A DNA stretch of 64,000 nucleotides from Azolla caroliniana (lineage: Eukaryota; Plantae; Polypodiophyta). Positions 1-13,535 of this stretch are shown piece after piece (position 1 is the first letter of the stretch; each line of letters begins with the position of its first letter). The translations under genes were made by a program, and so were the position numbers. The stretch is taken from NCBI GenBank assembly GCA_043228905.1, contig JBHGNT010000006.1:1984001-2048000 (forward strand), written 5' to 3'. The notes beneath the pieces are model-generated. The model was not told the DNA's origin and searched no databases. It was given only the letters and a program-made list of their open reading frames with translations.

Positions 1-163
1 TTATTCAATGTACAAACATGCCTTTCCTCTTGGAGTTGAACATAGCTCCTTTCTATTCAGAAAGTTTGGATCATTTCGCTAGCCTACATTCTTTAACTCA
101 AATTTTTTTCCCATCTTCAACTGAATAACTAACAAACAGAGGGAGGAGAAACGAGAGAACGTG

Positions 164-298
164 CCTGAATGAATTGATCTTTGATTTGATGTTCTCGAGG
201 ATAGCATGTTATTGATGATACCCAAATCAAAAACTCTCTTTTGGATTTCTAAGAAGATCATATCAGTCAAGGCACCAGGTCCTCCAACAGTCTTCAAT
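164..298 (-). CDS. Exon 2 of the same gene (3' boundary uncertain)
   Basis: AG+A restores Arg, then LKTVGGPGALTDMIFLEIQKRVFDLGIINNMLSSRTSNQRSIHS. Possible GC donor CAG|GCACGT followed by pyrimidine-rich sequence. Confidence 0.45.
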
Positions 299-329
299 CT
301 GCAGAATAACAAATGCACAGAGATTTTAA

Positions 330-850
330 ATAAACTAGCTTGTAAGCAAGCTCAAGGTTTTAAATTACTCAAAAATTTCTGTAAGATAATAAAATAAGAA
401 AATATCTTGACAAGAAACTAGTTTCTGAAGAAGACACATGCTTTGAAATAATTAGAGAATGTTGCTGAATAACAAAAATAGCAAAGAAATGGCAAAGCAA
501 ACATACTGAGTTGAAAACATGGACCAGGTTTTAAATTTTAAATTAAAACAAAATTGAAAAAATCTAGTTTGTATAAAAGACCAATGCTTTTGATTCCTTA
601 AAACAAACTAGCTTGTAAACAAGGGCAAAATAGTAAAGATCTTGATCAAAATAAAGTACTCCTTTGAATTACTTTAATTTGTCCAAAATAAAGCAAAAAG
701 AGACACGATCCTGCCAGAAACTAGCTTATATACAAACCACGTATTTTCAGTTACTTTGAAATTGACCAAATATAAAAGAGATTTTGATAAAATTAGCTTG
801 TAAACAAGAATTACGCTTCAATTTCTTAAAAAGAACAGCTAGGAAAGAAG
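330..850. repeat. Degenerate tandem repeat in intron (core AAACTAGCTTGTAAACAAG)
   Basis: Core variants near 332, 416, 563, 606, 718, 791, 836. Confidence 0.55.
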
Positions 851-948
851 TCGTGTTTTTTAAAATTAACTGTGAAATTGAAAAGAAATAAAGGCAGAGA
901 TTAAAGACAAAGTTCTCCTGAATTACTTAGAAAACCACTGAACATTAC

Positions 949-1026
949 CTGATTGGGATACGAACTGAAGACCTCCATTGATACTGAAAAGAGCGTTTCA
1001 ATGGACTTAGCTCTGGTGGTGATGAT

Positions 1027-1063
<37 letters not shown>

Positions 1064-1139
1064 GGAGTGATCTGCTATAAGTGCCAATTGTTAAGATAGA
1101 GGATAATTTTCTGTAGAGAAAAGGAGATAAGCAGGCCAT
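949..1139 (-). CDS. Exon 1 of an unidentified gene continuing off the left edge; Ser/Arg-rich organellar-targeting-like N-terminus
   Basis: ATG at 1139, MACLSPFLYRKLSS...poly-Ser...SVRIPI. It ends at the donor AG|GTAATG (948), and the phase joins the acceptor TTCTGCAG| at 299 in frame. Telo-box-like AAACCCTA and CA/GA repeats lie upstream. Confidence 0.6.
1019..1062. repeat. (GAT/GAC)n microsatellite encoding poly-Ser on the minus strand
   Basis: Directly visible. Confidence 0.9.
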
Positions 1140-1449
1140 AGAAGAGGCAAACGAACAAATTGGATTACATGGGTTCTCTCTGATGAGATCTTCTCAGGGA
1201 ACAGAGAGAACCCAGAGGAGCAAAGGTTTTATTTAGTTCATCTCTGTGTGTGTGTGTTCATCTGTGTCTGTGTGTGTACACGCTCAGGGGCCAATTTGGG
1301 GTTTTAGGGTTTAGAAACAAATTTTGTAAGCAGGAAGGTTTATGGAGGGGTTACATTCTTCTTCGTCTTCTTCTTGATTCAATATAATTGATCCACCAAG
1401 GTTCAAATCTTGTCCGTCACCTTCTCCTTACCACAACATCATTATCAAT

Positions 1450-4400
1450 AGAGCCGACTACCTCTACCTTACTCTTTCTCTTTCTCTCCAATGTCACTTG
1501 CGGCATTGAGGCACGCATGAGGAGAGTCATCAATTATGCACATATGTATGTTTGTCGCCCCTAGCACGACAGAGGATCGCACTTTGATACGATATTGCTC
1601 CATCTTCAACCACATTGCAGCTTGCTTTCCATACATTGTTGGATCCATATCCAATTCCAAATCTATCCTTGCATAAGTTTCTCTCACAGCGACAATTTGC
1701 ATTCTCGATCGCGACATTCGTTGGTAAAATTCTTGAACAACTATTAACCCCACATCTACATGTGTGGAAATGTTTTGTTCTCGGTTTGGTGGATTGTATT
1801 TGACCTTCTATTACAAAAATAAAGGATCACTCTCTCTCAATGACTCCAAACGAAAAAAAGTGATAGCATTTAACTTTTCTCTTATAGGTCATATTTGACC
1901 CTTGAGGACTCTCGAGTGTATTATAGTGGTAAGCCATGTGTTTAGAGTCCTATACACTGGGTTTCAAATTTTGCAAACAATACATACTGCTTAGTAGTAG
2001 ATTGCAAGGGTGGAACACATGAATTTGCAATCTCCGCCAAACAATTGCCTCACCAATGTCTATTTCTTGCTCGGTCTATGTGGTTATGAAGACTACTTCA
2101 AATTGAGTATTGATCATCTTGGTGGTTATATATGCCACCCCATGGATCCCATCTGTACTTAGGAGTCACGAATAGACTAGATCCTATCTATACATAGGAG
2201 TCATGTTTATAAGCATGATTAGGTGTCACTCTACGACCCATGATACAGTTGTAGCTTTAGTCACGTTAGGATGACAAAGCCACCAAGTGCACTTCAAACA
2301 ACCCCATCCAAAGTATGGTTGCTCAACACCATGATCACTTATGCCTCATATATGTTGTATGCATATGGAGCCCAAGCCCCCCTGTCCACATGCACATGGA
2401 CACAAATAGAGGATTTATGGGTCATGATGTCGTCCTCGATGATGTGTAACAAAGCATTCATCCCACATGCAATTAATTGTGCATAGAAGCATTATTCTAG
2501 GAAACCAAATTTCAACCATGACACCTCAAATAATTACAAGGCATTCGAAGCATAAAAAAATTGACGACAATTAAACATATGAAGAGATCATGGTACTTGC
2601 ATGGCATCGAGTAGTTGAAGAACAATGGCCATGTTTTCAATGAGAACCTACCACCTTGTCAATGTTTTAGCCTCTATAAATGACGAATTGAACAAGGTTT
2701 GTGGCAATACTTATGGAAACTCCTTAGCTTGAATACTTGGACATCACCAAGGAAGCTACTTCCCCCTAAGATGATTTACTACAATATCATTTTATGAGCT
2801 TCTTAGATGGTGAGTTCATTCAGAGCTTGAGTTGAGTAGACATTACATGCCAACTCAAAGTTTTCTCTGACCAAGCATAGATCAATGTCGGACAACCACT
2901 TCACGTATACGAAGCCAAAAGATTTTGCAAATCATTGAATGAGAGATAAAAAGAGAGGAACATTTTGTGTGTTGATGCCCAATTTAAATGTATATCAAAT
3001 GTAAGTGTGAATTCCACCACCATTGACAAATGATGACAAGGCTAACTCACGACACTCTGGCTAAATCTTGTTTGAGCTTAAAAAACATAGACATCCATCA
3101 AGCCCCATATTAGCATGCACAATGCACATTATTGTTTTCTTCCATTGCTCCATGCTTCTACATTGCACAAACAACATTCGAAGGAGTCACCATAGAATGA
3201 GCCAATGAATGCCAATGACAATGTAGATCGAAGTATCGGGATATGAGGCACATGGGCCATACCATTACCAACTCATGGAGCTTATTGCTCACCATCTTTG
3301 ATCCGCACAAAGAAAACAATACATAGTTGTTAATGTTGTGATGCTAATTAGTAAAATTCTTGAACACTCATAGTCACTTTTGAGTTTCACAAGTACGCAA
3401 GTAAAATGTTTCATATTAGATCCCATAGGTCATTTTGTACTTCCAAGGATTATAGTAAAATTTCTCTCTTTTTTGTGAAAATACACAAATATAATAATAA
3501 ATATTTATGAAAAATATTGCAATTAATTGGTGTTACCGGTACATGGGTAGTGAGACTTGTCGAATCACCAATAGGCAAGACACACTCGAACAAGGAAATA
3601 ATTTCCAACTAGTTCCAACAAACAAAAAATTCAAACTTTCATAGATATGCTCATACACCATGTCTATCATCGAATGCAAAAGTGCATATCCCAATTATGA
3701 AGCAATCCCATTGTGCATGTGTGTACGTGCACATGATTAATGTTAACATCACAATTATTTTTATATTTTGTTGATTCACATCCAAGTTTAAGCAATGTAT
3801 TATTTAGTTCTTTCATGGTTTAATGGGGGTTAGTTTTGATATTACGAGAAATGTTGAGTGTATAACCCATATCAACCATGCACAAAGAATATATTTTTAT
3901 GATATTTTCCCAAAATCAACTATCCCAATATCTATGTTATAGAAATAGAGTTGGGAGGTTCACGTGATATGTGCTAAATAATGCTCAGAGTGTCACATGG
4001 TGGGTGCTAAATTATATAATAGTATTATATGATGCATGGACACTAATTTAGTGACAAACTTAAATATATTCAAGAATGTTGGAATGGGGAAGAATGTGGG
4101 AAAGACCATGTTTCTTTATTCAGTAAATGACTTAAGAAACAATTTGTGATACTTCCTTGTCAAAATCCTCCATGCACATAAAGGACACCTCTACATTCAA
4201 GAATAGTCTCAATGCCATGTCATGGCCATTCGTAGATAAATGTATATTTACAAGTTTGGGAGGACATATGCAATTAGAACTAACGACATTCGATGCCAAA
4301 TAGACTTCCATTGGTCCATCACATATTGAACTTAGAAAGGTTATGCCTTCTACTAGCGAGTAGTTTGTCATACGTTTATCCATTCTTTCATACTACTTAC

Positions 4401-5000
4401 TTCTTATGATATGGAACTAGTATGAACTTGCAACTTTCATGACTAATTGCAAACCATAACTCTACTTTGGGACCATGTCTATCTATATGGTGGCCACATG
4501 CTACAATTTTGCCATTTAAGCCTATTATAACCTTCTTAATAAATGATTATACCTTCGAATGTTTTTTAGTATGCCAACTCATACCTAAGAAGTCTACATT
4601 GCTTGCAAATAGGGGATCGATCCCTTTTCATATGTATGTAGTAGCTATCGCAAGAAGGATACCAATTGTTTTCATTGGGTTGGGAATCTTCCATGGCAAA
4701 ACCTATTTCTCATGGAACCCAAATTTCTAATTCTGTGTCGAACCTTGGCCTATTTTCCCAAGGTAGCCGGAAACATTCGGTAAGCACAATCTCATGTTAT
4801 GTTCCTACAACTTGATTGATCCCATAACCTTTGACATTCCTCGATCATCTCTCTCATGAGCTAAATATTGCAAACTTAATTGTCAATGTGGACAATTGGA
4901 TTGGGCCAACTTGATCCTCGTATTGATTGGTGGACAATGGATATTTATTTAGTAAATAAGTACCCAATGTGCGGTTCATTTACACCACACCAATATTAAC
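1450..5000 (-). mobile_element. Highly decayed LTR-retrotransposon-like debris (boundaries vague)
   Basis: Short gag-like peptide in ORF 1469-1753 (MYGKQAAMWLKMEQYR). Otherwise only broken ORFs with a CpG-depleted look; no intact motif. Confidence 0.25.
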
Positions 5001-6107
5001 TTCCTAGTTGGGAATCCTTATTATAGCCAATCTTGAATTAGAATGTGGCTTGTGTATAGTTGATGTCATTTCTTCTTTTAGAGTTATACGAATCACATAT
5101 CAAATATAATTAAAATAGAAGACATTTATATATGTGAAGTGATAATGATAAACAATTCCAAATTATCAACATAGAAGCTAGGGGAAGAAAACCGAGGGTG
5201 TTTTTAACAAATAAATGGCATGCTTAGTTCAATTTTATAAAAGATAAACTTAAGCTCATGAAAAATAGAAAATCATGATATGGTGAATGCCCTCCAAAAG
5301 TGCCATTTCCTAAGGTTAGTAAAGTCTTAGAAAAAGAGATATACGAAACATTTATTTTAAGAGCTTGAGTAAGTTGTACTTGGTTTTATAAATCTTAAAA
5401 GTAACATAACAACCCATCAAGCATCATCGTCACTTAGTTCCACGAGACACCCATGCAAACCACGTTTGTTTTTCTATTTCCATTAGCACAAAGATTGTGT
5501 CGGTTGTTTAGTGCAACATCAAATATGATTCGTGGTTTTGTGTATAGAGTGGTTTTGCCATTGCAAAAGTAGTTCTAAGTTCTAACTGCCATTATTGTTG
5601 AACTATCAAAGGGTAATATCAACATTAGTTGAGAACAACGAAGATCGAGTGCAATATATGAAAGTAGGTTCATCGGTCCATTTTTACTTAGTAGGCCCAC
5701 TTACTTAATTTTTTTGGATCCTTATATTACTACAAAGTGCAAGGACTCGCTTTCTCCAAATCTCAAAATAGCTATCAATGCCATTCAACCTTGTGCAGCA
5801 CCTCCACGTCACTACAATCATCTACATTTGTATTACAAAGTTAGCCTACCTCCATCTTATGGTTCAATGAAGCTAAGAGACTCATGAGCTCATGCAAAAA
5901 TCCAATAGAGAGGAGGAGACATGACAAAGTTAGCAAGATATCAATCACATATCAGCAAGTTGTGATTGTTGCACAATAGATTCAAGTAGAGACATAGAGG
6001 AATACCAAGAAGCGTGAAATGAGCACGCACATATGTGTGTGAGGTTGTGACGAATTATTTCCTTGTGTAACAAAAAACAATTATAGGATAGGTATCTAGA
6101 GGCCATG

Positions 6108-6325
6108 TGATTGGCCCACAATCTAGCTTTTATCGATCAACCTTTTCATGTTCACAATGATGGTCCACAAATCTAGCAAGAAATGCAACCTTCATGGCCC
6201 ACAACTTAGCTTCCATCAACTTACCCTCTCATTTTCATAGTGATGGCCCAAAATCTAGTTAGAAATGCAATCTTGTTGGCCCACAATCTAGTAGTTTTCA
6301 TCGACTTACCCTCTCATTTTCACCA
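6108..6325. repeat. ~83-bp tandem repeat with TGGCCCACAATCTAG subunits (5 cores)
   Basis: Cores near 6112, 6161, 6195, 6244, 6277, alternating with TTACCCTCTCATTTTCA and GAAATGCAA linkers. Confidence 0.75.
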
Positions 6326-8586
6326 TAATTTGCTCACACAAAGGAGAAATTTTTTTCCATGCCATGTCTAAGATGAACAATCATGTTCAAAATGCTAACA
6401 TAAGATACATATTGCGTAATAAATGAAAGTCGTCATATAAAACATTCGTTTCGTAAAAAACTCAATCACTCATTTTTACATGTTTTGTCACAAGCTTCTA
6501 AAAATATTGTAAATCTTTTTTAACGTCTAATTAAAAGAAGGCTAGACTAGTAATGTTAATGCAAGAGATATGGCATGAGGTTGTACCCACTCTAAAGAGC
6601 CAATACAGGCAGACCTGATGTAGTTGAATGACAATGGCTAGCCTTCATCCAAATATGGTCGTCCTCTCAGTGGGCATCCACATAAGATGGAACTATCGCA
6701 TCCCTACAAGGATTTGTATATAACACTCTCCTTTGTAAAATTTTATAACTAATGGAAGGAGATTTGTTTGGAAAAGAAGAAGAAGGCTAGACTGAACTTA
6801 TATACAAGAAGGAAAACATCTAGAACATGCTTCTTAATAAAGTCCTCTTTTGATTTATGGTAAACATCTTGAAAGAGAAAAGAAAAGGATGTGAAGGTTA
6901 AAAATTTGAATGTGCTTTGAGCAACATTCTCATATGGTTGGTTGGCTTTGAAGACCATATAAAATCCAACATGTAGTCACACTAGAAAAGAGACATCGTG
7001 ACTTTGAAGAATGTAAGCACAAATCATCATAAGTGCAAAACCAAACTTCCAAGCGTGACAAGCTAGCTTGGGGACGGACAACCTCAGGTTGAGGGCTGGT
7101 TCAAAGCATCACACCTTCTTTTTTACAAATGATAATTGAGAAGACAACTAGGGGGGGAGAAGCATACCCATCTTTTGGAAAGAGCAAGTTAAATTAAGTC
7201 TTGATTTAGGTGAAGGTAGTATGATGGCTTTACCCATCGTGGAGGCCCATGCGGGGGGGATGTCTCGGCCTACATTCCCACCAATGTAATGTCTATTACC
7301 GATGGACACATATTTTTGTCAGTAGATCTTTTTAATGCTAGGATTCGGCTAGCAATCAATCAACACAGGCAAGTAGGCAGGCAAAATGGATGCGATAGAA
7401 AAGAGAGGTGAAGCAAGGTGAGGGGTTTCAAATGTAGGCAAGGAGAGGAAGATGATGTGAGACTGCCTTCGAGGCTTGTTCGGTGGGGCTCTGCACGGTG
7501 CCACGTGAATGCACGCAGTTGTGTCCGGACACGACACTAGAGCTGGGCATGACAAGGTCAAGCAAGTCTTTATATTAGGAGGACCAAGACCAATGCCCCC
7601 TGGAACCTTCTAAAAGAAAAGAGGTGAGAAGAGCATGAAGATAAAAAATGGAGCTTCATTTTTAGCAAGGCCTTTACATTTATTTTATATACATATGTAT
7701 GTTACATCATACATGTATATATTACTCTGTTTCGACTTTCTCCTCTGTCTCTCTCTGTTCTACCGTGGTACGCATTTCTTCCCCTCTTTTGTTTTGTTTT
7801 CATCGATTCCATTAATCCTAGTAGTAACCCAGTTCATCGAGGGAGAGAGCGAGACAGACAGTATGAAGGTATGGAGACGGGGTATTGGGAGCAGGGGAGA
7901 GAGATCAGGGGGAAGATCGAGAGGGAGTATCAGAGGAGGAATATGTCTTGTTTGTCAGATATGATATATACATTTTTTTATGTAAAAATTCGGAAAGAAA
8001 AGCTTATTATTAAGGTTTTTTGCAGGCTACGGATCTTGGAAGAAGCCTGTGCCGGTACTGCTAGGTAGATTAGGGTTTCTGGAGGCAGGGAATAAGGCAA
8101 GATTAGGGCTGATAATAAGGCAAATTTAGGTTTTGAAGATTTAGAGCGTTTTGGAGGCCGGCTGTGAGGCAAGATTAGATATTTTTGGAGGCAGACCATA
8201 AGGGATGGTTAAACCTTAAAGATTTGGGTATCTTTGGAGGCAGACAAGAAAGCAAGATTAAGGCTTAAAGATTAGCGTTGGAGGCTGGCTGTGAGGCGAG
8301 TTTACAGTTTTTCGAGGCAGGCAAGAAGACAAAGTGAGGATTTGAAGAATTAGGTTTCAATGGATAATGAATCGGGGTGTAAAAAACCTGACAAATATCA
8401 GAGGTATTATTAAGGTTTCCAAAAGGTCAGTATCATGGTTTCAAAAGAGCAAGATCAGATTTCAAAAGCACAAGGTTAGGGGTTCAAAAGGGCAAGATCA
8501 GGGTAGGAAGGATTTAGGGTTAGGTAGAATCAGGGAATTAAGTTGCAAGGATAGGTTAAGCATTCAGAAAGATTTTCGAGGACAAG

Positions 8587-11327
8587 ATGCAGAGCAGGCC
8601 ATCTCCTTCGACAAGCTCAACCCTTCTACCATCAACGGCACCATCTGCATCTTTGTCTGTTGAAGAGAATGGCATCCTTCTTGGCCTCAATACTCATCAC
8701 AATCAAAATATCAATCACATTACTGCACGTGATTGGCCCGTTAAGCTCTTCAAGTTGCTTTTTGCATTCATCTTGCTTGGGGCTGGCCTCATTCTTGGTG
8801 TTGTATTCACACTACACGTCTCCCACTATGTGGCGCCAACGTCCTACAATTCCATGGGTACCTTGTACAAAACGGCCTCTCAAATGGCTGATGATGAAAA
8901 TAATATCAGAGGTCTTTCAGGTCCTTCTTTACCACACAATATATCTGATTCTGAGCTTTTATGGCTTGCTTCTATGGTACCCCAACGCAAAGAGATGCCG
9001 ATAACAAGAGTTCCGAAGGTGGCTTTTATGTTTCTCACAAGGGGACCTCTGCCTCTTGCTCCCTTTTGGGAGAGGTTCTTTAAAGGGAACGAAGGCCTTT
9101 TCTCAGTTTATGTCCATACCGATCCTAGCTTCAAGCTTGATGTGCCTCGCTCCTCAGTCTTCTATCAAAGACAAATCCCGAGCCAGGTATGTCACTTGTA
9201 GTAGTAATCTAAGTGAAGTGTGCTGAACTAATTTGTCTTCCATAGTGGTATTTTGGCATAGCTAGTAGACTGTATGGATGCTTCAGTGAAATATTCTAAA
9301 ACATGGGAGTTTGTTCTTATGGTTACTGAGGTGAAATGTTCTATATATTGTCATTGGTTGGTCTTATCGCCATTTTAAATGGGGTTAACTTTCCAAATTA
9401 ATATTCAGGTGAACTTAGTGTGCTAAATCATATTGCTGTAAACGGCACAGCTATCAGATGGAAAAGATGATTTGTTGTCCATAGAACCCTGTAATCGCTA
9501 TATTGCCTTAGTTAATCTTAATGGCATGGCTAGTAGATCGGTAATTTTCCATATGAGTATTTGGTTTTTCTAAATTTCCTTAAAAGACATGGTTATTTAA
9601 TGGAAAATATGATTTTTTTGTCAGCATAGTCAGTAGGTGAGGAAAGTAGGCAGTTGCCCATACTTCTTCTACTGAACAATTTGTACTAAATGTCATTTGA
9701 TCATTCTTTTATCGATGTAGCTGGTAATTTTTCCACGGGATTACTTGTTCTATATTTTTAGCAGAGCTAGTAGGTAAGAAAAGATGGGCGATTTGTTTGA
9801 ATACTTAAGTGAACCATATATGTGTACTAAGCTGCCTTTGATTGATTGTACCCACCTAGCTTGTAAAGAAATGGTGAACATTTTATTTATAGGATTACAT
9901 AACTGAATTATGTACTGAATATCCATAGAGCTATGTAAATGATGGCCATTTTATTTCAGAGCCGTTTGTTCATTGGACCATTCAAAGGGAACTGTATTGC
10001 TAAATCACCATTGATAGGCACTTTTAATGGAGCTAGTGGGTGAGGAAAGGCACCTTTTATCCGAGGGGAATTTGTTCATTGGACTCCAAAAGTAAACTGA
10101 ATTAGCTAAATTATGTTTGACTTTCTCATTGGTATGTCTTATGCACTGAAGTATGTGTCATAATACCTAGAAGATTAGAGGAGATGGATCTGCTCTTAAG
10201 ACTTATTTGGTGAACTGTGTGCTAAATCTTCTTTATTGATGTAGGTAGTAGATGAGAAAAAAAACGACTACCAGAGATAATATTGAATGAACCATTCTGT
10301 ACTAAATCATCTTCGATTAATCTTATTGACATGGTAGCCAGTAGATGAGAAAATATTGCCTTAAATCGTGCTTATTAGGGCAGCTAATATATGATAAAAG
10401 GTGACAATTTGTTGCTATGAAAATCTAGAGATAATATATAAACTAAATAGCCATAAAAAAGTTGTATTGACACAGGTAGTAGCTGGGAAAAGATGGACAA
10501 TTGATCATGTCTATTGAGAGTACTACTATATAGTTAAGATGAGAATTTGTTCTGACTTTATTACTTGGAGACAATATCAAGTGAACAATGTGTATCATGT
10601 CTACCAAGTCACAATTAGAGATAATATTAAACGAATTATATTTTCTTAGTGAAGTTTGTCAACTTAAACAGCTTTATATTATTTGCAGGCAGCAAAGTGG
10701 GGTGATATATCTATGATTGATGCAGAACGGCGCCTCCTTGCAAATGCTCTACTTGATTATGCAAACGAGAGGTTCATTCTCCTATCGGAAACATGTATTC
10801 CCATCCATCCTTTGCCTACTGTATACAACCATTTAATCTTCTCAAAAACTAGCTTTATTGGTTCATTTGATGATCCCGGACCATATGGAAGAGGAAGGTA
10901 CAATTGGAACATGGCACCATTGGTAAACTTAGAGCAATGGCGGAAAGGGTCTCAATGGTTTGAACTGAATAGGAAACTTGGTACCTATGTGGTTTCTGAT
11001 ACATCATACTATATGAAATTTAAGGACTTTTGCAGGCCTGCATGCTATGTGGATGAGCATTATCTTCCAACTATGCTGACCATAGAATTCGGGCCCGAAA
11101 TTGCTAATCAAAGTATTACTTGGGTTGACTGGTCCAGAGGTGGCTCCCACCCGGCAATGTTTGGGAAAGATGATATAACAAAGGAGTTCATCACGAGGAT
11201 ACGAGAGCAGAGGACATGTATACACAATGGGCATCCTGGCGCTATTTGTTTTCTATTTGCTCGCAAGTTTGCGCCCAATGTGGTTGGCCCCTTAATGGAG
11301 ATAGCTTCCGAAATCATTGACATTTAA
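8587..11327 (+). CDS. Core-2/I-branching beta-1,6-GlcNAc transferase family (GT14-like, DUF266/BC10-type) type II membrane glycosyltransferase; exons 8587-9186 and 10689-11327, ~412 aa
   Basis: N-terminal TM segment; motifs PKVAFMFLTRGPLPLAPFWERFF, SVYVH, WGDISMIDAERRLLANALLD, FILLSETCIP, WRKGSQWF, CYVDEHY, TWVDWS, FARKF. Phase-0 GT-AG intron CAG|GTATGT...TTGCAG|GCA. Confidence 0.93.
9210..10650. repeat. Intron composed of an old degenerate tandem repeat (AGCTAGTAGATGAGAAAAGATG ... GTGAAC ... TGTGCTAAAT)
   Basis: Variants near 9260, 9450, 9528, 9628, 9764, 10031, 10242, 10336, 10382, 10474. Confidence 0.55.
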
Positions 11328-13152
11328 AAACCCACCCACTTTGTTCTATTCGTTGAATGCCCTTCACATTCAATTCAAGGGGATCATCTGAGAGCCTCTC
11401 ATTTTTGCAGCATTGTTGTAATTTGATTTATTCTTGACAAGATGAATGCTAGATACACAGCCGAATGACAGGAAAGCAACCCATTAGGGAGCAAGAGGTA
11501 ATTTATACGTCATTATCATATATAAAGTTACCTCTATCTTCGATACAGTAGAGTTTACTAAGTGAACAATGGTTTTGTTTCTGACCTAGAATTTACCATT
11601 TATATTTGTTAAAAGTTAGAGTTGATAATAATGTAAAAATCAAGGTTTACGTTTGTACACTGATGGGCAACAATATCATTTTGTTTGTTGCAATATTAAA
11701 CTTAGCAGTAATTGCGTCTCAAATGAAAGTCTTCGATAGTCTGCTTACAAGATGGCATTAACTAACTACTGCTCTATCAAAATTGAGCTATAATGTCGTA
11801 ATAACCAACTTATGGTAAAGTCAATGCTAAATTAAAACATTCTCATTTATGCATTTGTGATAATTGGAAGCTATGAATAATCAGTTATATCATTTGGAAT
11901 TAGGATATGTGTCCCTTATATATAAATGTATTTAAGTCAACACAACAATGATATAAGGCCTTCTGAATGATTACAATGTAGTGTGTAGTCATTGAACATT
12001 CATTTGTGGGCCAATAGTCTTATGTAGGCAGTTAGCTTAAAAGTGTTGGGTAACTTAGAATCCAGTACTGATTTCAAAAGCAAGGTCTATGCAGTGTCTC
12101 AATCGTCAAGTAAGTGAATGCTGTTAAAGTTGGAATTAAGAACATTTATGAAAATCATTAAGCCAGTTTGAGCTCACGTGGGAATTTGATATTATAATTA
12201 CTTAAATGGTTTCTGGCCTGCATATTGTAAAGTCAATGCAACTTTATGGAAGGCCAGTATTAAAATATTTGTTTACAAGTTATGGAAAACTAGCTCAATA
12301 GTGAAGGAGCAATGGAGAAATATCTGGAGGTTTTAACAATTGTTTAGATTTGGTTATAAATGCTACAGGGTCAATTCTTAATGATTACATGCTCTTCATT
12401 AAGCTCCATGGTGGCGACCATGTGTCACTTTATGCTCCTTGGTCTAGTGCTACTTTTGATTAGAATCAAGCCACCCACCCATAAGGTTACATTGTCAGCT
12501 AACAATAGGGACAAAGCTATGTACATAAATCGTTTGACTTATATTTTCAATAGATGTAAGCAATCCCTAGGGAATGAGCTGTTTACAAAAAAGGTTAAAA
12601 AACTACGCACAAACATATCACTCTGCCAAGCTTGGGAAATAAACTAGCTCCCATGTGGGGGATTCGGGAATGTGAAGGAGTTTTGTGGATAAAATATATA
12701 GTGAAAGATTACTTCCTTGATGTTAAGTTTTTATTATAGAATGGTACATGCTGCACTATCATTTCCACCCTTTGGTTGTACAAAAGGTCAAGTTGTGTCA
12801 TAAGAGATATCTATCATCTCAAAGAAAACTTCTTAGTGTGCAATATCTCAAAATAAACATGGGAAAAATACGTACAAACATATTTTAGGAGGAATGTGTT
12901 AACATGCATAATATAGAATAAATGGCCATTTCTAAAACCATGTTTTAGGAATAAATATTTAGTATGCACAATCTTAGACTAAATACATGTAGAACATGTA
13001 TAGATGAAAATAGTATTAAGTATTTGTGATCTCAAACAAAACATCACATGGAATTACATGAGCGCATAGTAAAAGGTATGTGTGAAGAATAGGACATAAA
13101 AGCGAACACAAGAGGGATTCCAAGAATGACCATTTCACACTTTTGTACATTT

Positions 13153-13535
13153 TTTATATTTATTTATTTTTTATATAAGATTTTCTTCAATAGTATTAAG
13201 AACAAAACGCCCGAAGGCTACAACTTGAACCTAGCAACCAAGAAGGTTACAACTTTCTTTATACACTGATATAAAATATGAGGATGTTTACATTTGTGAT
13301 ATTCAAAGAGTCCATGGAAGTCGATATTGCCATTGAGGCTCTTGAGCTACCATTGTAAACAGGGGCACCTTTTTCCATAAGTGAAGAAGCTTTTTCCTTT
13401 TCTTGATCATAGTATCTGGGGAACCCTACATATTGTCATATTGACCACGGACTACAGCCAACAAGTTCTCCCATAACTCAAACAACACACCTGAGACATG
13501 AATGTCTACCCCATCATAAGGTCGTTTACATCGAT
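13153..13535 (-). mobile_element. 5'-truncated LINE (L1-like) 3' end with A-rich tail and 21-bp TSD
   Basis: ATTTCACACTTTTGTACATTT at 13132-13152 and 13536-13556. T-rich tail on the plus strand at the left end. Minus strand reads RCKRPYDG...LFELWENLLAVVRGQY, resembling a LINE ORF2 C-terminus. Confidence 0.75.
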
